DNA of 64,000 nucleotides, from assembly GCA_040767805.1 (NCBI GenBank), contig JAXGNU010000002.1, forward strand, positions 132,756 through 196,755, in the 5' to 3' direction. The notes beneath the pieces were generated by a model, which worked only from the letters and a program-made list of their open reading frames with translations, made no database searches and was not told where the DNA came from. The translations under genes were made by a program, and so were the position numbers. This document shows, piece by piece, positions 56,133 to 64,000 of the stretch. Source of the stretch: Thermovirgaceae bacterium. Lineage in GTDB: Bacteria; Synergistota; Synergistia; Synergistales; Thermovirgaceae. Positions within the stretch are counted from its first letter, which is position 1. Each line of letters opens with the position of its first letter.

Positions 56133-57161
56133 TTATTTTACGTTGTAGGCCTCCATCATTTCATCGATGAGTTCCTTCGTGAGGCGCTTCTCGAGTTTCG
56201 GCCAGGTGACCTTCCTGGCGTGAGCGGCAAGGTCCTTGACGTCCTCGGCGGTGTACCAGAAGCTCTTTACGCCATAGTCCTGGAGCTTGTCGAAGAACTC
56301 CCTGTCCTCTCTCTCGGAGATCTCGATACTCTCTTTCGCGGCCCTGGCGCAGGCGTCGGCGATGATCTTGCGATCGGCCTCGCTCAACTTGTTCCAGGTG
56401 ACCTTGCTCATCAAGTAGGACTCGGTCTCGACGAAGTTGTTGACTTGATAATAGTACTTGAGCACGTCCCGGAAGCCCTGGTAGGAGTGCGGGGGCGCCC
56501 CGCCGGTCCACCCTTCGGCAATGCCCGTCTGGAGAGCAGTGTAGAGTTCCGCGTAGGGTATGGAGACGGTGGTATAGCCCATATCATCGGCACCAATCTT
56601 GAAGGTATCCATCGGGGGAACCCTCAGGAGGACGTCCTTCTTGACCAGGGGATTGAGCACTTCCTTGGGCTCCTTCGTCAGCCCAAAACCACCGAACCCC
56701 TCGACGTTGAACCCGAGGAACATGACACCCAGTTCACCGTGGAGTTCGGCCATCTTGTTGAAGAGCCACCCACCCTGCTTGAAGACCTCGGCGGCTTCGC
56801 CATAGTCCCGCATGAGGTACGGGACATAGATGAGCTCGAGCCTCGAGTCGAACTGGCTCGGGATCGAGATGAGGGCCATGTCGATGGTCCCCCGGATCAG
56901 TTCTTCGTAGACCAGGGTATAGTCGCCGAGCTGGCTCGAGGGGTAGGTCTTGATATCGATGCGGCCGTTGGTGGCTTCCGCGACCCACTTGGACACCTTC
57001 TGCATGCCCAGTGTGGACTGGTGGTCGGCCGGGCTCTGCCCTGCCATCCTGAGGGTGATCTCCGCTTTCGCTTCCGATGGGGACGACCACGCTCCCGCAA
57101 GGAAGACAGCCATGCAAACTGCAACAACAAGGGACACCGACAGCTTCACTCTCTTGGACAT
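56133..57161 (-). CDS. dctP: TRAP transporter substrate-binding protein DctP
   Basis: Signal peptide, TNGRIDIKTYPSSQLG, LRVP, ELYTALQTG. Confidence 0.92.
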   Translation of the reverse strand: MSKRVKLSVSLVVAVCMAVFLAGAWSSPSEAKAEITLRMAGQSPADHQSTLGMQKVSKWVAEATNGRIDIKTYPSSQLGDYTLVYEELIRGTIDMALISIPSQFDSRLELIYVPYLMRDYGEAAEVFKQGGWLFNKMAELHGELGVMFLGFNVEGFGGFGLTKEPKEVLNPLVKKDVLLRVPPMDTFKIGADDMGYTTVSIPYAELYTALQTGIAEGWTGGAPPHSYQGFRDVLKYYYQVNNFVETESYLMSKVTWNKLSEADRKIIADACARAAKESIEISEREDREFFDKLQDYGVKSFWYTAEDVKDLAAHARKVTWPKLEKRLTKELIDEMMEAYNVK

Positions 57162-57315
57162 GGATCCGTTCCTCCTCTCAGTATTGGTGTATCCGGTTTC
57201 ATTATTGCGTTCGTTCCGTATGTCCGTTGCCGCCAAACAGGTCCGACGATCCGCGCTTCCTCCTCTCACGTTTTGGTTTTCCTCCACGACAGGAGGGAGT
57301 CAGGGTCGATCAATT

Positions 57316-59139
57316 CTAAAGTCTCTCCAGGCCGAGCCTCTCCAGGGTCTCGTCGGTGGGCAGTCCCTCGCTGGACCAGCCCCTGTAACGGTAATACTCT
57401 TCCAGCTGTTTCTCCAGGTCGGGCAGCGTGTCGGCCGACTCGCCGGTCCCCCTGGGCTCCTTGAGGATCCTCTCAGGCAGGGTGTCCTCTTCCCTTCTCA
57501 TGCCCAGGGCGGCGTTGTAAAGCTTCTTCAGTGTGAAGATCCTCTCGCCGGTCTGGAGCAATTCCTCCACCGAAACATCCCAACCGGTGACCAGGGAAAG
57601 CCACCGGGCGTATTCCTCGACCCTGGTCCCGACGCTGATGGAAAACTTGCACACCTTCAACGAATCAGCCACGGCCATCAGGTCCTGGAAACGAGCCGTC
57701 ATTATACCCTTTCCCTCGTCGGCTTTCCTGTCTTGGACGGTTTCATAGCCGAATTCCGGGAAGGTCGCCGACCTTTCCCAGGGGTAGGTGAAACTGGAGA
57801 GATGGCAGGCCCCTCTTGGTGAAAGAGCGTAGCCCGAGGCCAGTCCCTTGAAGCACCTGGGGTCGTGGGCGGGCAGCTCCATGCCCTTTGAGTGGATAGC
57901 GTAGGCCTCAGCCCCCTTGCCGAACTTCTCGGCGGCCTTCCTGCTCCCCATCCCCAGGACGGCGCCTATCCCCTCGTTCCTGCCTATCTTGTGGACCAGG
58001 TCGAGCACTACCTCCGCGTCTCCCCAGGGGATATCCATGCCGGCCTCTTCCCTGGTCAGGATGCCCTTTTCGAACACCTCCATGGCGAAGGCAATGGTCC
58101 CGCCGGTGGAGATTGTATCCAGACCATAGCGGTTGCAAAGCTCATTGGCCCTGGTCAAGGCCTCCAGGTCGTCTACGAGGCACGCGCTGCCCAGCATAGC
58201 CAGGGACTCGTACTCAGGGCCGCCCATCTTCAGACCGTCGAGGGTCACTACCCTGCCGCAACGGATGGGGCAAGCGATGCAGCCGTAATCCCCGGTGAGA
58301 AGTCCCTGGGCCAACGCCTGACCCGATATGGCCTTGGCCCCCTCGGGCCAGGATCCCTGCTTCCAGTTCCTGATGGGCAGGTCGCCGAACTTCTCGGCGT
58401 TCTCCATCCCGCCGGCGGTGCCGTAAAGCCTCATGCCGGCGCCCTTTTCCTTCATCCTGTTGTTGGATTCGATTATCAGTTCGTTGAGAGCTTTGCGGTC
58501 GGCGATCGACGGGAGGCGCTTCCCCTTGGCTACGATAGCCTTGAGGTTCTTCGACCCCATAACGGCCCCGAGGCCTCCCCTCCCCGCGGCGCGGGCGTGG
58601 ATCCCGTCATGGAGGACCCCCGCGAGGGGCACCTGTTTCTCCCCCGCGGGGCCGATGCAGGACACGCCGATGCCCCAGGGCATCTCCCTGGAGAGGGCCT
58701 CCTCGGTCTCAAAGGTATCCTTGCCCCAGAGGTGGCCGCCGTCGTAAAAGGAGATCTCGTCATCCTTGGCGACCAGCACCACGGGGCTCGGGGACCGGCC
58801 GGTTATCACGAGGCCGTCGAAACCCGATCTCTTCAGGTGGAAACCGAAACTCCCCCCGCAGTCGGCCTCGCCGAAGCCGCCCGTGAGCGGGGACCGAGCG
58901 AGGATCTGGTGCCTTCCCGAGGTGGGTATGCCGGTGCCCATGAAGGGGCCGGTCATGTAGATCAGGGGGCTCCCAGGGTCCAGCGGGTCCATGGCTGGGA
59001 GGCCGTACTTCACCAGGAGGTAGGTCCCGATCCCCGATCCACCGATGTATTTCCTGGCAAGGTCTTCCTCGATCTCGATCCTTTGGACCTTCCTCGCGGC
59101 CAGATCCACCAGGGCTATGACGCCGTGGTATCCGAACAA
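57316..59139 (-). CDS. aor: Aldehyde:ferredoxin oxidoreductase (tungstopterin family)
   Basis: YIGGSG, SPLTG, IGPAGE, AGRGGLGAVMGSKNLKAI, CIACPIRC, PEYE, GLDTISTG, HDPR, RGACH, DTLPER. Confidence 0.93.
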   Translation of the reverse strand: MFGYHGVIALVDLAARKVQRIEIEEDLARKYIGGSGIGTYLLVKYGLPAMDPLDPGSPLIYMTGPFMGTGIPTSGRHQILARSPLTGGFGEADCGGSFGFHLKRSGFDGLVITGRSPSPVVLVAKDDEISFYDGGHLWGKDTFETEEALSREMPWGIGVSCIGPAGEKQVPLAGVLHDGIHARAAGRGGLGAVMGSKNLKAIVAKGKRLPSIADRKALNELIIESNNRMKEKGAGMRLYGTAGGMENAEKFGDLPIRNWKQGSWPEGAKAISGQALAQGLLTGDYGCIACPIRCGRVVTLDGLKMGGPEYESLAMLGSACLVDDLEALTRANELCNRYGLDTISTGGTIAFAMEVFEKGILTREEAGMDIPWGDAEVVLDLVHKIGRNEGIGAVLGMGSRKAAEKFGKGAEAYAIHSKGMELPAHDPRCFKGLASGYALSPRGACHLSSFTYPWERSATFPEFGYETVQDRKADEGKGIMTARFQDLMAVADSLKVCKFSISVGTRVEEYARWLSLVTGWDVSVEELLQTGERIFTLKKLYNAALGMRREEDTLPERILKEPRGTGESADTLPDLEKQLEEYYRYRGWSSEGLPTDETLERLGLERL

Positions 59140-59144
59140 TCGGA

Positions 59145-60368
59145 TCACCCCTTTATCTCCACTAGTTTCCCTTCCCACATGGATTTTACGAGGGCGAGAC
59201 CCTCCTCGGGGTTCATCGGCCTGGGATTGTTGACCCGGTAGTACTTCTCCACCATGTCGGAGGCGAAGCGCTCCACCTCTTTCTCCGGAACGCCGAGTTC
59301 CTTCAGGCTCGAGGGTATGCCCACATCGGAGACGAGCTTTTTGAAACGGGCCGCTACCCTTCGCCCCACCTCTTTCGGGCTTCCAGAAGCGTCCACGCCG
59401 GCCAGGGGGGCCATCTTCACGAGGATCGGGGCGATATTGTCGAGGTTGAACATGAAAGTATAGGGGAGGGCAAGGCCGCACCCGAGGCCGTGGGGGACGC
59501 CGGAATCGATGGTGAGGATGTAGGACATGCTGTGGGCGTACAGGCCGCCGCCCTGGGTGTAGGACATCATCCCGAAGAGGGAGGCGAAGGACATGTGGTA
59601 GCGCGCCTCGAGGTCGTTGCCGTCGGCGACGGCCCTCTGGAGGTACTGGAAGACGTATTCCACGCACTTCAAGGTGAAGGTCTCCGTTAAGGGGTTCGTC
59701 TTCCCGATCATCCCCTCCACACCGTGGGAAAGGGCGTCGAGCCCGGTGCAGGCCGTAACCTTGGGCGGCATGGTGACCGTGAGCAGCGGATCCACCAGGG
59801 CGACGGTCCCGTAGACCAGAGGGTTCCCGATGAAGAGCTTCTTATCGCCCTTGCTGGTCACTATATAGGGGCTGACCTCGCTGCCCGTCCCCGAAGTGGT
59901 GGGTACCAGGATGCAGGGCAGACCCTCCCCTTCCAGGGGGGTGCCGGTCAAGTAGTCGATCATCTCCCTGGGATTGCCCGGGGCGAGGGAAGCGGCCTTG
60001 GCGACATCCATGGGACTTCCCCCGCCAAGACCTATCACGACGGAGAAGCCCTCTTTTCTCGTGAGGTCCTGGACCTCCTGGCAGGTCTCCACGTGGGGTT
60101 CGGGCTCGACTTCGTCGAAGACCTGGACGGTGAAACCTGCCTTCTCCAGCGGGTCGACGGCGAACCGGTGGATACCGAGGTTGACCATGTTCTTGTCCGT
60201 CACGAGCAGTGCCTTGCCCGACCCCAGCCTCGCCGCCTCTTCCCCCAGGGTCTTCACGAGGCCGAAACCGACCGCGAGTTTCCCCTTGCCCTTTACACCG
60301 GCCGTTCTGAATTCGGCAGGGTTCTTAAGGTGCCCTGGTACTTTCCCTAATAAGGATTCGTAATCCAT
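59145..60368 (-). CDS. Iron-containing alcohol dehydrogenase
   Basis: GLGGGSPMDVAK, VPTTSGTGSE, DALSHGVE, HSMS, HGLGC. Confidence 0.92.
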   Translation of the reverse strand: MDYESLLGKVPGHLKNPAEFRTAGVKGKGKLAVGFGLVKTLGEEAARLGSGKALLVTDKNMVNLGIHRFAVDPLEKAGFTVQVFDEVEPEPHVETCQEVQDLTRKEGFSVVIGLGGGSPMDVAKAASLAPGNPREMIDYLTGTPLEGEGLPCILVPTTSGTGSEVSPYIVTSKGDKKLFIGNPLVYGTVALVDPLLTVTMPPKVTACTGLDALSHGVEGMIGKTNPLTETFTLKCVEYVFQYLQRAVADGNDLEARYHMSFASLFGMMSYTQGGGLYAHSMSYILTIDSGVPHGLGCGLALPYTFMFNLDNIAPILVKMAPLAGVDASGSPKEVGRRVAARFKKLVSDVGIPSSLKELGVPEKEVERFASDMVEKYYRVNNPRPMNPEEGLALVKSMWEGKLVEIKG

Positions 60369-60731
60369 AGCCGCACCCCTTTTCGTTTTCGAGATTCTTG
60401 GGAAAAACGCCATTCTACATGTTAATCAACCAAGGTTCATCGAACAATGTATGAATGATACCAAATTTTTTCCCCGGGCGCTTTTCTATTGTGCTTTTTA
60501 TACAAAAATGGTATGCTTCGCCGAGGCCATATTTCTTATGCTTTAAACGCTTGCTGGTAAAAGATCCCGTTAACAGTGCCCTCTGGAGCGGTTTAATTGA
60601 GTATTTTTTCACATGATATTAACAGGGTGATCTCCATGAGCGCTAAGAATCCTGTATGTTTTACACAAAACTTCGAGGAAAGCGCCAAACCCGACCCCTA
60701 GCGGGCGGGACCGAAAGGAGAGGAGATAAGC

Positions 60732-61949
60732 ATGCTCCTTGACCTTGCCATAGAGTTCGCCAAATCGACGGGTGCCCTCATAGGGAGGAACCTGATCATC
60801 ACCGATGAGAACGGCATCGTCATAGGCTCCGACGATCCTTCCCGTCTCTCCACACTCCACGAGGCTTCGCTGGAGGTTATAAAGACCGGGAAACCCAGGA
60901 GCCATGACGAGGCCGTGGCCGGCAGGATGATAGGGGTAAGGCCGGGCATCACCCTCCCCATCGAACTCTCGGGGAGGGTGATCGGGACCCTGGGGATTCC
61001 CGGCGACCCCGAAGAGGTCACAACCTGGGGGCGTCTCGTGAAGCGGCAACTGGAGATCTTCCTGCGGGAAAAGGCCTACCTGCAGTCCGCCTTCATCAAG
61101 GAAAGGACCCTCCAGAGCCTTCTCCAGGAGGTGGCCGAATTCGACTTCGACCGGAGCGACCCCTTCCTGCTCAAAAAAAAGATGACCGAGGTGGGTTTCG
61201 ACCTCGAGGTCCCACGGCTGGTCATGCTGGTGGACCTTTACCACTTCGGGGAGGTCACCGACAGGATAAAAAAACAGAGCCCTGGCGGGTTGATGGAAGA
61301 GGCGGAGATGCGCATCCAGGCGGTCAAGATGCAGGTGCTTTCGTCCATAAGGGAGATCTTCAGCGGCCACGGCGACCTCTCGCTGTTCTGGGGGGAGGAC
61401 AAATCGGTGATCCTGAGCCAGTTGGGTTCTACGGCCGACGACGAGGCGGCCCTGTCAAGGGAAGCGGGGAAGTGCCTCGAACTTCAGGAGAACCTTCTCA
61501 AGCAAGGAGTGAGAATTTGCATCGGCATGAGCGGTATCGCCCGGGATATCCGCCAGTTGGGACAGGCCTTCAGGGATGCCCAGAGCGCGCTCAGGATAGG
61601 CAAGAGCATGCGGCGCGGGCCGGGGTTGTACCGGATCGCCGACTTCCTGACCGAGGATTACCTCCTCTCCGTCGACGAGGGGAGGCGCAGGCGCTTCCTC
61701 GGGGCGGCCCTTGAACCCCTTAAGGGCCGAAAGGACATGAAGGACCTCTGCGATACCATACGGTGCTGGTGCGAGTCGGGTTTCAGCCTTTCCCGGGCGG
61801 GCAAGTGCCTGAAAGTCCACAGGAATACCCTCCTTTACCGCCTCGAGAAGGTGAGGAAGATCACCGGTGTGGATCCCGAGGACTTCCGGCGGCTGCTCCC
61901 CCTTTACCTTGCGGCGATCACGACACCCGTGGAGGACCAGGCCGGGTAG
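60732..61949 (+). CDS. CdaR-family regulator (sugar-diacid recognition domain plus PucR HTH)
   Basis: NLIITDENGIVIGSDDPSR...HEAS, RPGITLPI; C-terminal LKVHRNTLLYRLEKV. Confidence 0.9.
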   Translation: MLLDLAIEFAKSTGALIGRNLIITDENGIVIGSDDPSRLSTLHEASLEVIKTGKPRSHDEAVAGRMIGVRPGITLPIELSGRVIGTLGIPGDPEEVTTWGRLVKRQLEIFLREKAYLQSAFIKERTLQSLLQEVAEFDFDRSDPFLLKKKMTEVGFDLEVPRLVMLVDLYHFGEVTDRIKKQSPGGLMEEAEMRIQAVKMQVLSSIREIFSGHGDLSLFWGEDKSVILSQLGSTADDEAALSREAGKCLELQENLLKQGVRICIGMSGIARDIRQLGQAFRDAQSALRIGKSMRRGPGLYRIADFLTEDYLLSVDEGRRRRFLGAALEPLKGRKDMKDLCDTIRCWCESGFSLSRAGKCLKVHRNTLLYRLEKVRKITGVDPEDFRRLLPLYLAAITTPVEDQAG

Positions 61950-61957
61950 AATCCCTT

Positions 61958-64000
61958 TCAGTCGAAAAGGAACCCCTTGCCCAGGACCTTCTCGACCAGG
62001 ACCTCAACCATGGCGGGATCGAACTGGGTCCCCGCGCAGCGCCTGAGCTCGGCGACGGCCTCTTCCCTGCTCATGGCTTCACGGTAGGGCCTCCCCGACA
62101 CCATGGCGTCGTAGGCCTCGACCACGGCGATCACCCTTGACATGAGGGGTATTTCCTCTCCTTCGAGCCCCCTGGGGTACCCTTCCCCGTCCCAGCTCTC
62201 GTGGTGGGCGAGGACTATCTCGGCCAGCGGGTTGTATTCATTGACCGACCCGAGGATGCTGTACCCCACGTCGGGATGCCTCTTGATCTCTTCCCGCTCG
62301 GTTTCATCCAGGGACCCTTTCTTTTCCAGTACCTCGCCTCTCACGGCGATCTTTCCTATATCGTGCATGGCGGCGGCGGACACGAGCCTGTCGATCTTCG
62401 GCTGTCCCAGCCCCATCACCCGGCCCATGGCTTCGCTCAAACGGGCGACCCTCTTCGAATGGGCCTCTTCCGTGGGGAACCTCGAGTAGAGGGCCTCCAG
62501 GATCAGCCTCACCAACCCGCTATGGTAGTTGCTCTTGTCCGATATCTTGCGGCGGTACATTTGGTCTTCGGCCCTGTGCAGGGTCTTCTCGGTTCTTTCG
62601 GAAGGGTCGGTCTTGGTGGCCCCGCCGAGGGAGACCGATATGGGGAGGTTTTCCACCCGTTCCCTGGACACGGCGGCAGCAATCCTCCCCATCAGCGGTT
62701 CAAGGTGGTCCTCCCCCGTGGAGGGGAGCAGGATCACGAATTCATCGCCGCCGACCCTGGCAATGATGTCATCGGCGCGGCACTCCTCCCGGAGCACCCG
62801 GGCCACCTTCCTGAGTTTTTCATCCCCCGCCGCGTGGCCGAAGGCGTCGTTGAAAAGTTTAAGGCCGTTCAGGTCCGCCATGACGAAGGAAAGAGGCAGG
62901 TTGCGGGGCACATCGAGGCGTCGTAGTTCCTCCTCGAAAAAGCGCCGGTTGTAGAGGCCCGTGAGCTGATCGTTGTAACTCAGGTACTCGATCTCCCTTA
63001 TCCTTTGCCTCTTCTCGGCGCAGTCCCTGAAGACCACGACGACTCCCGTCGTCCTGCCGTCGCGGTCCCGGATCGGGGCGGCCCTGTCCTCGATGGGCAC
63101 CTTCAAACCCTCCCTCGAGATCAGGACGCTGTCTTCCACGAGTTCCACCGGCTGGTCGTCCTCAAGGACCTGCCTCACGGGGTCTTTGGCCCTCTCGCCC
63201 GACCACTCGTCGACGATGCGGAAAACTACATCGAAGTCCTCCCCGGCGGCTTCCTCCGCCTTCCACCCGGTGAGCTTCTCGGCGACGTGGTTCATCAGGC
63301 GGACCTTACCTTCGTTATCGGTCGATATTACCCCGTCGCCGACGGAGAGGAGGGTGGCCCTGAAGAGCTCCTTTTCAAGGAAGAGGGCCCGTTCCATTTG
63401 CTTGCGTTCGGTGATGGTCTCTGAGTAAAAAACGGTGCCCCCGATGGAGCCGTCCGGCTCGTACCAGGGCCAGCACCACCAGCGGATGAAATCCAGGGCC
63501 CCGTTGGGGCGGATGAGCTGGTCCTGCTCGGAGCCGAGGGTCTCGCCTGCCAGGGCGCGACGGTGAACACGGTACCACTTCTCGTAGATGGCGGGGGAGA
63601 TCTCGGCAAAGGTCCTACCCACGACCTTTTCCCTCTCGAGCTGGTTGTTTTGGAGGTACTTTTCGCTGACGAAGATGAACCTCATATCCCTGTCTAGGAC
63701 GAAAATGGCGTTGGGGTCGTGCCGCACGATGTACTGCAGCAGGCTCCGCCACTCCTGGATCTCCGTGATATAGCTCTCCATTCTGCCCCGGGTCTTGTTT
63801 ATGTGGTCCACCAGGAACTGGAGTTCCACGGGTTGCCGGGAGGTCTTTTCGAGGGTGAGACCCCTGGCGGGTCCCGCCGGGTCGTCGGCCTGGATGAACT
63901 CGGCGATTCGGAATAATTGCCTGCCGATCACCCGGTGATAAACCCAGGCGATGATCGTCGCCAGGACCACCGAGAGCAACAGTTGGAGGAAAAACAGGAC
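61958..64000 (-). CDS. Membrane-anchored PAS-PAS-GGDEF-HD-GYP c-di-GMP signalling protein (5' end outside the window)
   Basis: Two PAS domains, DQLTGLYNRR, RVGGDEF, HDIGK, HHESWDGEGYP; frame open to position 64000. Confidence 0.92.
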   Translation of the reverse strand, partial: VLFFLQLLLSVVLATIIAWVYHRVIGRQLFRIAEFIQADDPAGPARGLTLEKTSRQPVELQFLVDHINKTRGRMESYITEIQEWRSLLQYIVRHDPNAIFVLDRDMRFIFVSEKYLQNNQLEREKVVGRTFAEISPAIYEKWYRVHRRALAGETLGSEQDQLIRPNGALDFIRWWCWPWYEPDGSIGGTVFYSETITERKQMERALFLEKELFRATLLSVGDGVISTDNEGKVRLMNHVAEKLTGWKAEEAAGEDFDVVFRIVDEWSGERAKDPVRQVLEDDQPVELVEDSVLISREGLKVPIEDRAAPIRDRDGRTTGVVVVFRDCAEKRQRIREIEYLSYNDQLTGLYNRRFFEEELRRLDVPRNLPLSFVMADLNGLKLFNDAFGHAAGDEKLRKVARVLREECRADDIIARVGGDEFVILLPSTGEDHLEPLMGRIAAAVSRERVENLPISVSLGGATKTDPSERTEKTLHRAEDQMYRRKISDKSNYHSGLVRLILEALYSRFPTEEAHSKRVARLSEAMGRVMGLGQPKIDRLVSAAAMHDIGKIAVRGEVLEKKGSLDETEREEIKRHPDVGYSILGSVNEYNPLAEIVLAHHESWDGEGYPRGLEGEEIPLMSRVIAVVEAYDAMVSGRPYREAMSREEAVAELRRCAGTQFDPAMVEVLVEKVLGKGFLFD

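Noticed and set aside
57168..57270. Duplicated TTCCTCCTCTCA (RBS-like on the minus strand) upstream of dctP
   Set aside because: Only 12 bp of low complexity, and the upstream copy has no suitably placed start codon
1..64000. tRNA or rRNA genes
   Set aside because: None recognised in the intergenic regions by eye; a tRNAscan-SE/Infernal run would be needed to exclude them formally

Overview
GC-rich chromosomal window from an anaerobic, amino-acid-fermenting diderm bacterium (Synergistota-like; this is an inference from TolC/OmpA together with SpoVS, Grd selenoproteins and AOR). 1-23.8 kb is mostly housekeeping and transport: TPR/Slt-like protein, DtxR regulator, citG, XRE-ImmA-radical SAM, MATE, RpiR, hisS-aspS, spoVS, NYN protein, MacAB-TolC, pilin, MOSC, trehalose phosphatase. 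About 23.8-33.7 kb is a visibly more AT-rich accessory island: OmpA plus a large secreted hypothetical protein between two decayed PucR-family sequences, an intact IS21-family element with a 5-bp target duplication, and an M20 peptidase-YfcC pair. 33.9-41.7 kb is a probable nickel locus: FmdE, a repeat array, a FecBCD-type ABC transporter with a NikR-like palindrome, queD, and nickel-pincer genes in which LarC is split and its C-terminal domain is fused to LarE on the opposite strand. 43-62 kb is a large amino/imino-acid catabolic region: three ornithine cyclodeaminase/mu-crystallin paralogues, a GrdE/GrdB(Sec)/GrdX reductase with an atypical UxxG active site, an opine dehydrogenase, two-subunit aconitase X, a desulfidase-like protein, a TRAP transporter, AOR, Fe-ADH and CdaR. 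The window ends in a PAS-GGDEF-HD-GYP gene. The most notable items are this uncharacterised catabolic/selenoreductase system, the rearranged lar genes, a cryptic CBM5/12 domain behind an in-frame TGA in the pilin, and the non-CRISPR repeat array. All family calls come from motif recognition by eye; no database searches were run.
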